DNA of 64,000 nucleotides from an uncultured Planctomycetaceae bacterium (GTDB lineage: Bacteria; Planctomycetota; Planctomycetia; Planctomycetales; Planctomycetaceae): assembly GCA_963815195.1 (NCBI GenBank), contig CAWFGE010000015.1, positions 64,001 through 128,000 of the forward strand, given 5' to 3'. The notes beneath the pieces are model-generated. The model was not told the DNA's origin. It saw only the letters and a list, made by a program, of their open reading frames with translations, and ran no database searches. The translations under genes and the position numbers were made by a program. Below are positions 1 to 11,057 of the stretch, in pieces. Numbering within the stretch: position 1 is the first letter of the stretch; each line of letters begins with the position of its first letter.

Positions 1-159
1 TGAAATGCGGACGATCGGGGGCAATCCTTTGCCCAATTTAGCATGGTTGAGAAATAAGCATCTCTTTTATTGCGAGCGGCAATGCGCTAGCCTCCGGTGT
101 TTCTTCTTCCACCAGCCGGTGGCGAGTGCCATTCCGCTCAGTTATTCCTCGAACGATTC

Positions 160-1066
160 TTAACCGTCGGTTTTTATGAGATTCAGCAGATATTGCCCAT
201 AGGCGTTTTTCTGCATGGGACTCGCGAGTTCTTCAAGCTGGGCCGTCTCGATGTAACCCATCCGCCAGGCGATTTCTTCGGGGCAGGCGATTTTCAGCCC
301 CTGCCGGGTTTCGATAACTTCGATGAACTGGGCCGCATCCAACAGCGACTCGTGCGTGCCGGTATCCAGCCACGCGCTGCCCCGGCCCATGATTTCCACA
401 TGCAGCCGTTTTTCGCGAAGGTAAACCCGGTTGACATCGGTGATTTCCAACTCGCCCCGCGGCGACGGTTTTAGATTCTTCGCGATCTTCACCACATCGT
501 TGTCGTAGAAATACAGCCCGGTGACGGCGAGGTTCGATTTGGGCTGGGCGGGTTTTTCTTCGATGTCCGTGGCCTTGCCGTCTTTGCCCAGGCTCACCAC
601 GCCGTAGCGTTCGGGATCGTGGACGTGGTAGGCGAAGACCGAAGCCCCTTCCACGCGGCCCATGGCGCGGTGCAGGGTATGGGTGAGATCATGCCCATAG
701 AAAATGTTGTCCCCCAAGATCAAGCACGCCGGGTCGCGGGCCCACGAAGCTCTCGCCGATGATGAACGCCTGAGCCAAACCTTCGGGCCGGGGCTGCTCG
801 GCGTAGCTCATGTTGAGCCCCCACTGGCCGCCGTCGCCGAGCAGTTTTTGAAACAACGGCAAGTCCTGGGGCGTGCTGATAATCAGAATATCCCGCATGC
901 CGGCGAGCATCATCGTGCTCAGCGGGTAATAAATCATGGGTTTGTCGTAAATCGGCAAGAGCTGCTTACTTACGACGTGAGTCAGCGGGTAGAGCCTCGT
1001 TCCCGATCCGCCCGCCAGGATGATTCCCTTGCGGGGGACTTGGGGCGCTGTCAGCTCGGCGTGCAT
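160..1066 (-). CDS. rfbA: Glucose-1-phosphate thymidylyltransferase, split by a +1 frameshift at ~738-740 (probably sequencing error)
   Basis: ORF 689-1066 has [15 protein letters not shown]...[19 protein letters not shown] 160-723 has [24 protein letters not shown] and [10 protein letters not shown]. Removing one base restores [14 protein letters not shown]. Confidence 0.95.
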
Positions 1067-1525
1067 TTCAACCTCCCTGGTTTTTCCTGAGTTGTCCCGC
1101 AGAGGTCACCCGACCGGGAAATCCCACCCAGTATGCGAAATCGGCAAATCTTACCAAAGGCCAAGTATACACCCCGCCCGCAAACCGCGTCTACCCGTTT
1201 TTGAACGAACCAAACCGGAAGTTCGGGTTGAAGTCGCGGGATTTCAGGCGGCCCGCTTGCCCGGCCCTCTCCCTCCAGATTCTCCAAAGTTGTGAAAAGC
1301 GCTTCATCCAATGGCACAGGTTTTGCGCCGTCCTCAGGGATGTCAATTGGCCAACGTATGGAAAGTAGATGGACCCAGCTATTCCATGTGAACAATCCCG
1401 GCCGTTCTCTTGCTTGGCGTCTCGTGACTTCCAAAGCGGCGGACTCGCCTTCCTTGACAAGCTGCTCCCAAACCGCATTATGAGGTCTCGCCAAGGAATC
1501 CGTTGAAACTCAATGCAATTGATAT

Positions 1526-2317
1526 GTGATGCGAACTCGCGAGCGTGTGTGGGAGATTGTGGAAGTCGCGCGGGCCGGGGATGCGGCCAGCCGGCGGTTC
1601 GACATGGGCATCCTGAGCTTGATCGCGCTGAACGTGCTGGCCGTCGTTCTGCAATCGGTGCCCGAGATCGAAAGCCGGTTCGCGCGGCCGTTTTTTGTGT
1701 TCGAGGCGTTTTCGGTCGCGGTGTTTTCGGTCGAGTACCTGGCCCGGCTTTGGTCCTGCGTGGAGGATCCGGAGTTTCGCCGGCCGATCCTCGGGCGGAT
1801 TCGCTTCGCGTTGCGGCCGATGGTCGTGATCGACCTCCTGGCGATCTTGCCGTTTCTGGTGTCGTTCGCGGCATTCGACTTGCGGATCCTGCGCGCGTTT
1901 CGGCTGTTGCGGCTCGTCCGCTTGCTCAAGGCGACCCGCTACATCGCCGCGGCGAGGCATTTTCGCACGGTCCTGGAGACCAAGCGCGAGGAAATGGTGC
2001 TGACGACGGGGCTGATGATGGTGCTCCTGGTTATCACGGCTTCGGTGATGTATTTCGCCGAGAACGCCGCTCAGCCGGACAAGTTCGGCAGCATCCCGGC
2101 GAGCCTGTGGTGGGCGGTGGCCACGCTGACGACCGTCGGCTACGGCGATGTCTATCCCGTCACGCCGCTGGGCCGCGTCGCCGCGGGCTTCATCGCGATC
2201 CTCGGGATCGGCTTTTTCGCCTTGCCGACGGCTATCCTGGGATCGGGCTTCGTGGAAGCCATCGAAAGCGACAAAAAAGACAACACCTGCCCCCACTGCG
2301 GCGGCGAACTGAAATGA
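1526..2317 (+). CDS. Voltage-gated potassium channel (ion transporter family)
   Basis: Selectivity filter TLTTVGYGD, S4-like RILRAFRLLRLVRLLK, about 6 TM segments, C-terminal CPHC. Confidence 0.92.
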   Translation: MMRTRERVWEIVEVARAGDAASRRFDMGILSLIALNVLAVVLQSVPEIESRFARPFFVFEAFSVAVFSVEYLARLWSCVEDPEFRRPILGRIRFALRPMVVIDLLAILPFLVSFAAFDLRILRAFRLLRLVRLLKATRYIAAARHFRTVLETKREEMVLTTGLMMVLLVITASVMYFAENAAQPDKFGSIPASLWWAVATLTTVGYGDVYPVTPLGRVAAGFIAILGIGFFALPTAILGSGFVEAIESDKKDNTCPHCGGELK

Positions 2318-2325
2318 CGCTGGCG

Positions 2326-2826
2326 TCAGCCTGTGGGATACTGGCGGCAGTATTCATAAAGGGCCATCGCCGTTGCGGTGGCGACGTTGTAGCTGTAGGG
2401 CCGGCCGAACACCGGAATCTCCACGACATCGTCGAGAAGCTCCAAAACATCTTCCGTGAGACCCAGCCGCTCGTTGCCGATGACGAGGGCCGTTTTTCTT
2501 TGAAAGGCATACTCCGGCAGCGAAACGGAGTTCGTCGTTTGCTCCAACCCGACCAGGCGATAGCCCGCGTGCCGAAGGTCTTTGAGCACCGGCGGCAGGC
2601 TGCGGCGGATGGCGATTTCGATGTGGTCGATCGCATCGCGGGCGATGTCCTTGTCGATCTTCGGATTGCCGCAGGCGATCAGTTTGGGAATGCCGCTGCA
2701 CGCGGCGGTGCGGACGATCCGCGAAAGATTCACATTGCTCCTGAAGGGCGCGCACACCAATACCAACTCCCGCGGCCGATCGAGCCCGGCGGGGGGCTTG
2801 TGTCGCAGATGTTCAAACTCCGGCAT
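2326..2826 (-). CDS. TrmH/SpoU family RNA methyltransferase
   Basis: SPOUT motifs NLSRIVRTA, VIGNERLGL, VEIPVFG and SYNVATA. Confidence 0.9.
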   Translation of the reverse strand: MPEFEHLRHKPPAGLDRPRELVLVCAPFRSNVNLSRIVRTAACSGIPKLIACGNPKIDKDIARDAIDHIEIAIRRSLPPVLKDLRHAGYRLVGLEQTTNSVSLPEYAFQRKTALVIGNERLGLTEDVLELLDDVVEIPVFGRPYSYNVATATAMALYEYCRQYPTG

Positions 2827-3649
2827 CGTGTGAATCCTCTCGGAAACCGTCGCCGTACTCGACCGACACCAGATACAAACCTTGCGCCGGGGCGGTCTCG
2901 CCGGCTTCGGCGCGGTCCTGGTTGGCGATGATGTTCCGCATCTCTTCGGGCGTCCACTGCCCGCGGCCGACTTTGATCAACGTCCCCACAATCGCCCGCA
3001 CCATGTTGTACAAAAACCCGTCCGCGGAAATCTCAAAGCACAAAAACGGCCCCGCTTCGTCGCGCTCGGAATCGGAACTTTGCAGCGACCAGGGGTTCCA
3101 CACCGCCCAACCGCGGGCCCCGAAGATTTTGCTCTCCAAGACCGTGCGGACACTCGTGGCTTTGTTAGGGAACTGCGATTCGAAGCAGCGAAAATCGTGC
3201 GTGCCCAGTAGACAATCCGCCGCGGACTGCATCGCCTGGGCATCGAGCCTGTCGCTCCGAGACCAGACGAAACGCTCCAAAAACGGCGAGCGGACGGGGC
3301 TTTGATGGATCACATAGCGGTAGCGTTTGCTGACGGCCGAGTAGGTCGCATGAAACTCCGCCGGCACCTCGGCCGCCTCCAACACGACGATGTCTTGAGG
3401 CAGAAAGTTCTGGAGTCCGCTGCGGATTTTTTCGCAAGGAATCCGGCAGTCCGTGCGAAAATTCGCGACCTGTCCGAGCGCATGGACGCCGGAGTCCGTC
3501 CGCCCCGCCGCCATAATCCGCACGGGTTCGCCGGTGAGTTTCGCGATCGCGTCTTCGACCGCCGCCTGCACCGAAGGCCCATTGGGCTGCACCTGCCAAC
3601 CGACATACCCGCCGCCGTCGTAAGCCAGTGTTAAGCGAATGTTCCGCAT
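2813..3649 (-). CDS. truA: tRNA pseudouridine(38-40) synthase TruA
   Basis: GWQVQPN, AGRTDSGVHALGQV, GTHDF, FLYNMVRAIVG, TAPAQGLYL. Confidence 0.96.
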   Translation of the reverse strand: MRNIRLTLAYDGGGYVGWQVQPNGPSVQAAVEDAIAKLTGEPVRIMAAGRTDSGVHALGQVANFRTDCRIPCEKIRSGLQNFLPQDIVVLEAAEVPAEFHATYSAVSKRYRYVIHQSPVRSPFLERFVWSRSDRLDAQAMQSAADCLLGTHDFRCFESQFPNKATSVRTVLESKIFGARGWAVWNPWSLQSSDSERDEAGPFLCFEISADGFLYNMVRAIVGTLIKVGRGQWTPEEMRNIIANQDRAEAGETAPAQGLYLVSVEYGDGFREDSHDAGV

Positions 3650-3694
3650 GGGATTCTTTAGGTGCAGATCGCCAGCCTCAATGACATCACCGAA

Positions 3695-5386
3695 TCACTC
3701 ATCCGTCACGCAACCCTCGGAGGCCGTTTTCACGTTTTTGATGTATTTGTACAACGTGCCGCGAGTGGCTTTGTAGGGGGGCTGGTTCCAGCGGGCGGCG
3801 CGGTCGGCGAGGACTTCATCGGTGAGGGCCACGTCGATCCGCTTCTTCTCGGCGTCGATGGTGATCTGGTCGCCGTCTTGGATGAGGGCGATCGGGCCGC
3901 CTTCCTGGGCTTCGGGCGTGATGTGGCCCACGATGAAGCCGTGCGAACCGCCGGAGAATCGGCCGTCCGTCATCAAAGCGACATCGCTGCCCAAGCCCGC
4001 CCCCATGATCGCCGAGGTCGGGGTGAGCATCTCCGGCATGCCCGGCCCGCCTTTGGGGCCTTCGTAGCGAATGATGACCACGTCGCCTTTTTGAATCTTC
4101 CCGTCTTCCAGGCCTTTGAGCATGTCCTCTTCGGAATCGAACGCGCGGGCCGGGCCGGTGAATTTCAGGCCCTCTTTGCCGGTGATCTTGGCGACCGCCC
4201 CGTCGGGAGCGACGTTGCCTCTTAGAATCTGCAAGTGCCCGCTGGCTTTGATGGGATTGTCGATCGGACGAATGATCTCCTGGCCTTCCGAAAGTCCCGG
4301 CAATTCGGCCACGTTCTCGGCGAGCGTCTTGCCGGTGATCGTCAGGCAGTCGCCTTTGAGGAGGCCGGCTTCCAACAGATACTTGAGGACCGCCGGCGTG
4401 CCGCCCACGGTTTGCAGATCCTCCATCACATACTTGCCGCTGGGCTTGAGGTCGGCGACATAAGGCACGCGGTCGCTGACTTTCTGGAAGTCGTCGATGG
4501 TGAGGTTCACATCCACCGCGCGGGACATGGCGATCAGATGCAGCACCGCGTTCGTCGAGCCGCCCAACGCCATCACCACAACCATCGCATTCTCGAAGGC
4601 GTCGCGGGTCATAATGTCCTTGGGGCAGAGGTTCTGTTCCAGGAGATTGTAAATCGCCTGGCCCGCGCGGACGCATTCATCGAGCTTGGCGGGGTCTTCG
4701 GCGGGGATCGAGGAACTATAGGGCAAGCTCATGCCCAGGGCTTCGATGGCCGACGCCATCGTGTTGGCGGTGTACATGCCGCCGCAGGCACCGGCGCCGG
4801 GGCAGCTTTTTTGGACGATCTCTTTCCGCTGTTCGTCGCTGATGGTATGGGACAGATATTCGCCGTAGGATTGAAACGCGGAGACGATGTCGAGCTTATC
4901 GCGGAAGGAGTTGCAGCCCGCGCGGATCGTGCCGCCGTAAACCATGATGGCCGGGCGATTCAATCGGCCCATCGCGATCAGGCAGCCGGGCATGTTTTTG
5001 TCGCAGCCGGGAAGGGCGATCAAAGCATCGTACCATTGGGCGCCCATCACGGTTTCGATGGAGTCGGCGATCAGATCGCGGGACTGGAGCGAATAGGACA
5101 TGCCTTCGGTGCCCATCGAAATCCCGTCGCTGACGCCGATGGTGTTAAAACGCATGCCCACCAGGCCCGCGGCCTTCACGCCTTCGTGAACCTTGGCGGC
5201 GAGGGTGTTGAGGTGCATGTTGCAGGTGTTGCCTTCGTACCACATGCTGGCGATGCCGATCTCCGGCTTGTTCATGTCGTCTTCGGTCATCCCGGTGCCG
5301 TAGAGCATGGCCTGCGAAGCCCCCTGCGACCGCGGCTGCGTCACGCGGGAACTGTAGCGATTGAGTTGGGTTTGCGTTTCTGGCAT
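3695..5386 (-). CDS. ilvD: Dihydroxy-acid dehydratase
   Basis: [60 protein letters not shown]. Start taken at MPETQ. Confidence 0.96.
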   Translation of the reverse strand: MPETQTQLNRYSSRVTQPRSQGASQAMLYGTGMTEDDMNKPEIGIASMWYEGNTCNMHLNTLAAKVHEGVKAAGLVGMRFNTIGVSDGISMGTEGMSYSLQSRDLIADSIETVMGAQWYDALIALPGCDKNMPGCLIAMGRLNRPAIMVYGGTIRAGCNSFRDKLDIVSAFQSYGEYLSHTISDEQRKEIVQKSCPGAGACGGMYTANTMASAIEALGMSLPYSSSIPAEDPAKLDECVRAGQAIYNLLEQNLCPKDIMTRDAFENAMVVVMALGGSTNAVLHLIAMSRAVDVNLTIDDFQKVSDRVPYVADLKPSGKYVMEDLQTVGGTPAVLKYLLEAGLLKGDCLTITGKTLAENVAELPGLSEGQEIIRPIDNPIKASGHLQILRGNVAPDGAVAKITGKEGLKFTGPARAFDSEEDMLKGLEDGKIQKGDVVIIRYEGPKGGPGMPEMLTPTSAIMGAGLGSDVALMTDGRFSGGSHGFIVGHITPEAQEGGPIALIQDGDQITIDAEKKRIDVALTDEVLADRAARWNQPPYKATRGTLYKYIKNVKTASEGCVTDE

Positions 5387-5443
5387 GTTTGTCCTTTGCG
5401 AGATTTGCTTTTTCAATTGTTGGTTTTTGGTGTTTGGCAGAAT

Positions 5444-5469
5444 CATGGAGCTTACGCCCCACGCTCGCC
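5444..5469 (-). repeat. GGCGAGCG-family REP-like palindrome (variant copy)
   Basis: CATGGAGCTTACGCCCCACGCTCGCC. Related to the copies at 29706, 46713, 53787 and 53851. Confidence 0.65.
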
Positions 5470-5485
5470 TCTTTTTTGGTTTCTG

Positions 5486-5773
5486 CTACTCCACGAGTTC
5501 CGACATGTGCGGCACGCGGGTGACGCGGGGGATGACTTTCGGCTGATAGATTTCCGTATAAGCCTTGGCTTTGCGGTGCTGGTCGAGATGCTCCTGCGTG
5601 GCCCAGCGCTCCACAAGCAAAAACGTCTTGGGGTCGGATTGGGAATGATAGACCTCGAACCGCTCGCAGCCCGGCTCCTGGCGGGACAGACGCCCTTGCT
5701 CGGCCAGAAGCTCGCGGATTTTCGGGACGTCGTTCTCATCGTTGACGGTGAGGAGAATATTGCCGTAAATCAT
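5486..5773 (-). CDS. Antibiotic biosynthesis monooxygenase (ABM) / putative quinol monooxygenase
   Basis: 95 aa with SRQEPGCERFEVY...FLLVERW...HLDQH, a typical ABM pattern. Confidence 0.85.
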   Translation of the reverse strand: MIYGNILLTVNDENDVPKIRELLAEQGRLSRQEPGCERFEVYHSQSDPKTFLLVERWATQEHLDQHRKAKAYTEIYQPKVIPRVTRVPHMSELVE

Positions 5774-5925
5774 GGGGACTCCTGATTCTCAGTGGCAAAG
5801 GCCACAATGGAGCAAAGGCCGCAAAGGGAAAAGCGAAAGCCGATCGAACCCAGGATCGACTCCGGCCATTCGTCGGAACCTTCACAGAATACACGACCGC
5901 CGGCGAGAAATGTAGCCAACGGATT

Positions 5926-6575
5926 CTACACCGAAGGCGGCGCGGGGGAGGGGATTCTTAGAATGCCCAGGAGGTCTTGCGGATCGGCGATGATGTGCTC
6001 TGGGGCGAACTCGCGGAGCAGGGCTTCGGAATTGACGCCCCAGGTCACGCAGGCGATGGGCATTCGCACCTGATGGGCGGCCCGGACGTCGCGGGTCTCG
6101 TCGCCGACGTAGAGCACTTCGTCCGCGCGGAGCCGGGCGAGCCGGAGGGCCTGTTTGAGGGCTTTCTTTTTGCCGAACAGCCGCCCCATGCCCACCACGA
6201 ACTCGAAGTATTCGTCCACGGCGTTTTGCTCCAGGCAAGCGCGGATGTTGGCTTCGGAGTTGGACGAGACGATCCCGTGCCTGACCCGGGCTTTGGACAG
6301 GGCGGCGAGCGTCTCCGGGACGCCTTCGTGCAGCCGGGCTTCGGCGATCGTCCGGCTTTGCTCGGCGAGGAATTCGCGAATCAAAAACGGCACGCGATGG
6401 CAGCGGATGTTGTGCCGCCTCAAAAGTTCCCGCATCGGCAGTCCGCGCAGCGATTCCGGATTGGTCATGGGCAGCGCACGATGCCGGGCGCGATGCGGTT
6501 GTAGATTTGCACCGCCATCCGCAGCGTGTCGGCCAGCGTGCCGTCGAAATCCCAGAGGACGAGCCGATAGGTCAT
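5926..6575 (-). CDS. HAD-family hydrolase (phosphoglycolate phosphatase-like), frameshift at ~6486
   Basis: ATG at 6575 gives MTYRLVLWDFDGTLADT (HAD motif I). After a one-base shift it continues into ORF 5926-6468 with IVSSN, YVGDETRD and VTWG. Confidence 0.88.
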
Positions 6576-6753
6576 AGGCGTTCGACTTTAACTTGAATTC
6601 AAAGGGGCCGGGCGAATGGGGATGGAAGGTAGAGGATGGAAATGATGAATCCTGTGCCCAGAATCATTCGTCGCCCCCGATGACCGCCAGCGCGTTCCGG
6701 CCGATGATCGCAAAGGTTTTCTCCGGCCTGGAACACGCTGGCCGTCCGTTGCG

Positions 6754-8295
6754 CTATGCCTTGAACGCATTGCGGGTGCGTTCGACGAGGCTGTTGTCGC
6801 GCGTGCCGGAGCTTTGGAGCTTGAACACGTTGGACGCCAAGTACACGTCCCGCCATTCCGGGGAGAAGTGATAGTAGTCTTCCAAGACCGCCGAGCTGAA
6901 TTTGTAATCGTGGGCGTCGTTGCCTTTCAGAAAGACCAGCACCCGCGCCGCATCGATCAGTGTTTTCGCGGCCTGGGCCTGTTCGGGGGACTGTTTCAGG
7001 TAGGCCACGACTTTCCGGGCGGCGAGCATGCCGTCGCGGCTGAGGTCGGCGAAAATCTGCTCGGTCGCGGGGGCATCATCGGTGGGCGGCACCGGTTCCA
7101 GGTTGTCGATGGTCACCTCCTTCACCTGGCCCCGGCTTTGCATCGCGGAGCGGAACATTGGCAGGAACGCCGCGTTCTGGAGCATGAGCAGCCGGCGGGT
7201 TTCATCGTTCTCGCTCGCGCGGTAAGCGTAGAACATTGCATTCGTGGTGGTGATGGTGTGGATCGCGACGATCCCCGGCTGTTTCATCAGCATTTCGCCT
7301 GAGGCAACGCCGAAGGCATCCCACACCGATTGCGGCGACACGCCCGCGTTCAATAGTTCGACCACCTGATCGCAGGTCTCGTCGTTGGAGCCGGTCCGAA
7401 TTGTTTGCAGAAGGTCGGTCGTGGCTTTCTTGTCGATTTTGCCGTCTCGCCATTCCGGGCGAATGGTTTTGGCGAGTTCCAGATTCCGGCGGTAGGGGCG
7501 GTCGGCCTCGTCGTTTCGCTTGGCCGGGTTGTCGCCTTCGTGCATGAGCAGCGCATACGCCAGCGAACGCAGCACGGGCTCGGCATTCTGCGTACCGATG
7601 CACTGCAGTGTCCGCAGACTGTTCGCCACGAAAATCGCCTTGTGCCCGATCGAGCGAAAATCCCGCGCTCCGTAGCGGAAGAACATTTCATAAATCTCAT
7701 TCGTCCCCGCAGACCGCGCGAGCTGGGCGACCGCGGCGTCGGCCTTGGCTTCGTCCCAGTTGTTCATCGCCTCGGCGAACGTGTGATGCGCCTGGTGCGG
7801 CGAGGGCATCGCGGAATCATCCACGGCCGACATCGTCCAATCGCCCCGCTCCTTGACATCGGCGGCCGCGGCGTTTTTGTAATAATCGAGCGCCCAGAAA
7901 ATCGGCAGCCAACGATGCTCCGCCGGTGACGCCAGGCTCGCCAGGTGCGCGGAGTTCACCACGAGCACGGCGTGAAACTTGAACCCCACCGAAGGCCGGG
8001 GCTCCACATTCTTCACGCCCGCGAGCAGCAGACCGGCCAGCACTTCGCGGTAGGTGAGGCCTTTGCGAATCTTCTCGGCGACGACTTCGAGCAACTGATT
8101 CCGCGGGGTGTCTTCGATCAGGCGGACAACTGGTTCGATCTCCGCATTCAACCGGACGGTATTGGGATTGAGCTTGGTCTCCGCCGCCGAGACGGGACGC
8201 AATCCCTGGAGAAACGCTAAGTCCCCCAATCCCAAGAATGTTCCGGTGGCCGCGGTGGTTTTCAGAAAGTCGCGTCGTGTGTTTTGCCTTGACAT
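6754..8295 (-). CDS. Tat-exported helical protein of unknown function with repeated His motifs
   Basis: MSRQNTRRDFLK twin-arginine signal, GGAGG RBS upstream, long ORF that reads as a real protein. Confidence 0.85.
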   Translation of the reverse strand: MSRQNTRRDFLKTTAATGTFLGLGDLAFLQGLRPVSAAETKLNPNTVRLNAEIEPVVRLIEDTPRNQLLEVVAEKIRKGLTYREVLAGLLLAGVKNVEPRPSVGFKFHAVLVVNSAHLASLASPAEHRWLPIFWALDYYKNAAAADVKERGDWTMSAVDDSAMPSPHQAHHTFAEAMNNWDEAKADAAVAQLARSAGTNEIYEMFFRYGARDFRSIGHKAIFVANSLRTLQCIGTQNAEPVLRSLAYALLMHEGDNPAKRNDEADRPYRRNLELAKTIRPEWRDGKIDKKATTDLLQTIRTGSNDETCDQVVELLNAGVSPQSVWDAFGVASGEMLMKQPGIVAIHTITTTNAMFYAYRASENDETRRLLMLQNAAFLPMFRSAMQSRGQVKEVTIDNLEPVPPTDDAPATEQIFADLSRDGMLAARKVVAYLKQSPEQAQAAKTLIDAARVLVFLKGNDAHDYKFSSAVLEDYYHFSPEWRDVYLASNVFKLQSSGTRDNSLVERTRNAFKA

Positions 8296-8456
8296 GAGAT
8301 GACCTCCGAGAGAAGGGAGTGAAGTGAGCGCATCCGGCAGATTGCCTCCCCGTGCGATGGGCTTCATTGTAACCGATTCCCACCAAGAATTCCCGGCCAA
8401 AGCTCCGCGAGCCGATCTGAGGCGCGTCACTGGCACGCGTTCTTTACCCCCCCTCT

Positions 8457-9146
8457 TCAAATGTCGCCGTCGAGCACGCGGCGGATGAACGGGTCGTGAA
8501 GGCCTTGGGCCACGGAATCGACGTGGGAGAAATCGTGATCGCGGCTGTAATCGTGGGGGACGGCGATGACATAAGCCCCCGCCGCGGCGGCGGCCCGTGA
8601 ACCGGTTTCGCTGTCCTCGAAGACGAGGATCTCCTTGGGATCCAAGCCGAGATTCTTCGCCGCCGTCTCGTAGATCTCGGGATGCGGCTTGCCGTGGGTG
8701 ACATCCTCCGCCGTGAGCGTGAATGAAAACCGCGAAAGCAGATCGAACCGCTTCAAGATGTTTTCCAGATAAGGCCGGGAAGACGAAGTCGCCACGCCCT
8801 TGGGCAGATTGCGGGATTCGAGTTCCGCCAACAGATCAAACAAGCCGGGCATGGGGGCGAGATGGGTTTCGAGCATCGCGTGAAAGATCGTCTCGGACTC
8901 GGCCAATAACTCCTCGACCGTTTCCGTCAGCTCGAGCTCGGCGATCAGTGCGGCGAAGGATTCCTGAGCCCGCCGGCCCATCATCCGGCTCAACAATTCG
9001 CGGGTCATCCGATGCCCCCGCCGGCGCAAGAGTTCATCGCCCGCCCCGTGGAAGACTTCTTCGGTGTTGAACATCAACCCATCCAGGTCGAACACCACGC
9101 CCCGGATGGTTTTCGGTTTCGGTTTCTTGTTATGAGTGTCAGGCAT
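8457..9146 (-). CDS. HAD family phosphatase (beta-PGM/CbbY-like)
   Basis: FDLDGLMFNTE, VATSS, GKPHPEIY, VFEDS. Confidence 0.9.
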   Translation of the reverse strand: MPDTHNKKPKPKTIRGVVFDLDGLMFNTEEVFHGAGDELLRRRGHRMTRELLSRMMGRRAQESFAALIAELELTETVEELLAESETIFHAMLETHLAPMPGLFDLLAELESRNLPKGVATSSSRPYLENILKRFDLLSRFSFTLTAEDVTHGKPHPEIYETAAKNLGLDPKEILVFEDSETGSRAAAAAGAYVIAVPHDYSRDHDFSHVDSVAQGLHDPFIRRVLDGDI

Positions 9147-9222
9147 CGCTCGATTGTTTTGAAGAGAGAAAAACGTCCCGAAGTGCCGCGCACTTTCGTC
9201 CCGCATCCACGGCTTCAGGGAT

Positions 9223-10554
9223 TCAACTCCCGCATTCGCAGGGGCTTGGCTGCGGCTTCGTGGGTTCTTTGGCGGGTTGATGCACGCGGCCGAAGATGCG
9301 GGCCGTTTCTTCGGCGAGGACGGCCAACGTGAACAGTTCGCGGACTTTTCTTTGCCCCGTCGCCCCCAACTCTCGGCGATGCTCGGCGTCGATGATCAAC
9401 GACTCGAGCGCCTCGGCGAGGGCGGCGGGATCTTTGGGGGGCACCAGTTTTCCGCCGCCGGTGGCTTCGATCAATTCGGGAAAGGCTCCGTGATCGGGCT
9501 GCACGACAGGCACGCCGTTGGCCAAGGCCTCCAGAATCGAGATGCCCTTGGGTTCGTGGTATTCGGTGGGCACGGACATCACATCGAAGGACTGGATCAA
9601 TGCTACCTTTTCACTATGCGAGGCGGGGCTGCCGGCGTATTGAAACGCGTCGCCCAAATCGCGAGCCGCGCGTTTCAGATCGCGGAAGTATTTGTGATCC
9701 CGCGTTCCCAGATAACCTCCCGCGAGGAGCCGGGTTTGGGGTTGCCTTTGATGCAGCCGCCGAAACGCCTCCACGAGGTGGTGCAGCCCTTTTTCGGGAC
9801 AGATGCGGGCGAAATATCCAATGGTGAAGGGGTCATGGGGTTCGGCTTTCACTTCTCCGTCGTGGCCGTTCAAATCGATGCCCAGGGGAATCTGGTGAAA
9901 CCGCTCGGCGGGAAGGTCGAGATACTCCGCCATGAAATCCCGGTAATAGCGGCTGTGGACGAGGAATCCGTCAAACGCCTGGGCTCGCCTGTGAATTTTC
10001 GCGAGTGCCTGCCCGCGGTATTTCTCCGGCAGGTCCTTTAAGAAAATGTCGTCTCCCTGGAGCGTGCAAAAAATGGTGCCGGCGAACTCTGACCGGAGGG
10101 TCTTGAGCACGCCCGTGAGCAGGGCATTGCTGAAGCAGACCACGTCGGGCTTGAGGTCTTTCGCGACGAAGGAGACGAGTTCTTCAATCTCGCGGCGGAG
10201 CGGGCCTTCTTCCCCGTCGAGCATAGCCAGCGTGAGCGCCCCGAGCTGGCTGGCGTTGTTGCTGACGCTGAGCTTTGTGGCCAGGTTGATGATCCAGGGG
10301 GCGTCCAGCCAATGGGTCAGCCCGCGGGGAATCCGCCGCCAGAACGGGACGCGGTAATCGAGATACACATTGATCCCGCCCAGAAACACGTCGGTCGTGC
10401 TCAGGTTTTCTTCGTCCACGCGGATCGGCGTGTAGGTGGGAATCAGCGTGACCTGGTGGCCGAGGTCCATCAAAGCCCGCGCCCAGGTGTTGTCGTGCAT
10501 GCACGATCCGCAAAACATCCCCGCCCCGCCCGCGGTGATAATCGCAATATGCAT
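9223..10554 (-). CDS. Glycosyltransferase family 4 protein
   Basis: ARICPEKGL, EPKGISILEALANGVPVV, GAFPELI. N-terminal MFCGSCMHD. Confidence 0.9.
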   Translation of the reverse strand: MHIAIITAGGAGMFCGSCMHDNTWARALMDLGHQVTLIPTYTPIRVDEENLSTTDVFLGGINVYLDYRVPFWRRIPRGLTHWLDAPWIINLATKLSVSNNASQLGALTLAMLDGEEGPLRREIEELVSFVAKDLKPDVVCFSNALLTGVLKTLRSEFAGTIFCTLQGDDIFLKDLPEKYRGQALAKIHRRAQAFDGFLVHSRYYRDFMAEYLDLPAERFHQIPLGIDLNGHDGEVKAEPHDPFTIGYFARICPEKGLHHLVEAFRRLHQRQPQTRLLAGGYLGTRDHKYFRDLKRAARDLGDAFQYAGSPASHSEKVALIQSFDVMSVPTEYHEPKGISILEALANGVPVVQPDHGAFPELIEATGGGKLVPPKDPAALAEALESLIIDAEHRRELGATGQRKVRELFTLAVLAEETARIFGRVHQPAKEPTKPQPSPCECGS

Positions 10555-10695
10555 TCGGCCGCCTGTCGTTCGAGAACACATCGACTTCACATCAAATCGG
10601 AAGGCCTTGATGAATTCTAACGCACTCGCCCTCGCTTGCGAAGATCTCCGCAGCAAGAACCGCCGAATTGCACCCGCGCGGTTCGTTCAGGAACA

Positions 10696-10722
10696 AACCG
10701 GGGCTAGCGCCCTGCGGCTAAT
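10696..10722 (+). repeat. AACCGGGGCTAGCGCCCTGCGGCTAAT-family REP-like repeat
   Basis: Similar to 46653-46679 and to the paired arms at 33684-33747. Confidence 0.6.
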
Positions 10723-10786
10723 TCTTTGGTCCCAGTTTTGTCGCAGCACTCGCGCCCGGCCGCTGATGGATTTCGAATGAGATTGA

Positions 10787-10890
10787 GTGTCTCACAAAAG
10801 TAGGTGGATGTGGGTGGCACGTCCCTGAGCCTTGCGAAGGGCGTGGCCATTGCAAAGACCACGCCCTTCGTGCCTCAGGGCGTGCCACCC
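10787..10890. repeat. GGGTGGCAC-ended palindromic element (REP/MITE-like), copy 1
   Basis: Hairpin of about 80 bp at 10812-10890 (GGGTGGCACG...CGTGCCACCC) plus a 23-nt flank motif shared with the inverted copy at 22892-23022. Confidence 0.8.
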
Positions 10891-11057
10891 CGGCCGCCGA
10901 ATTGCACCCGCGGATTTCGGATTTTGCGGAAAACGCCATAATTGATTGTGGATCTGACCAGTGGTAAAATTCATTTCGCAACCGAGGGGCGGTTGGGGTT
11001 TTTCTGGTTGATCCTTTTCCAGGATTCACAGCGGTGGTTTTTGGCGGTGCAGAGGCC

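Noticed and set aside
1051..1494. 147-aa minus-strand ORF between rfbA and the K+ channel
   Set aside because: No recognisable motif, it overlaps the rfbA start and occupies a divergent promoter region. It could be a gene remnant but cannot be supported.
4235..5785. Long antisense and alternate-frame ORFs (e.g. 4235-5785, 37638-39728, 44783-46306, 58521-60029)
   Set aside because: Shadow ORFs of high-GC coding genes that overlap well-supported CDSs.
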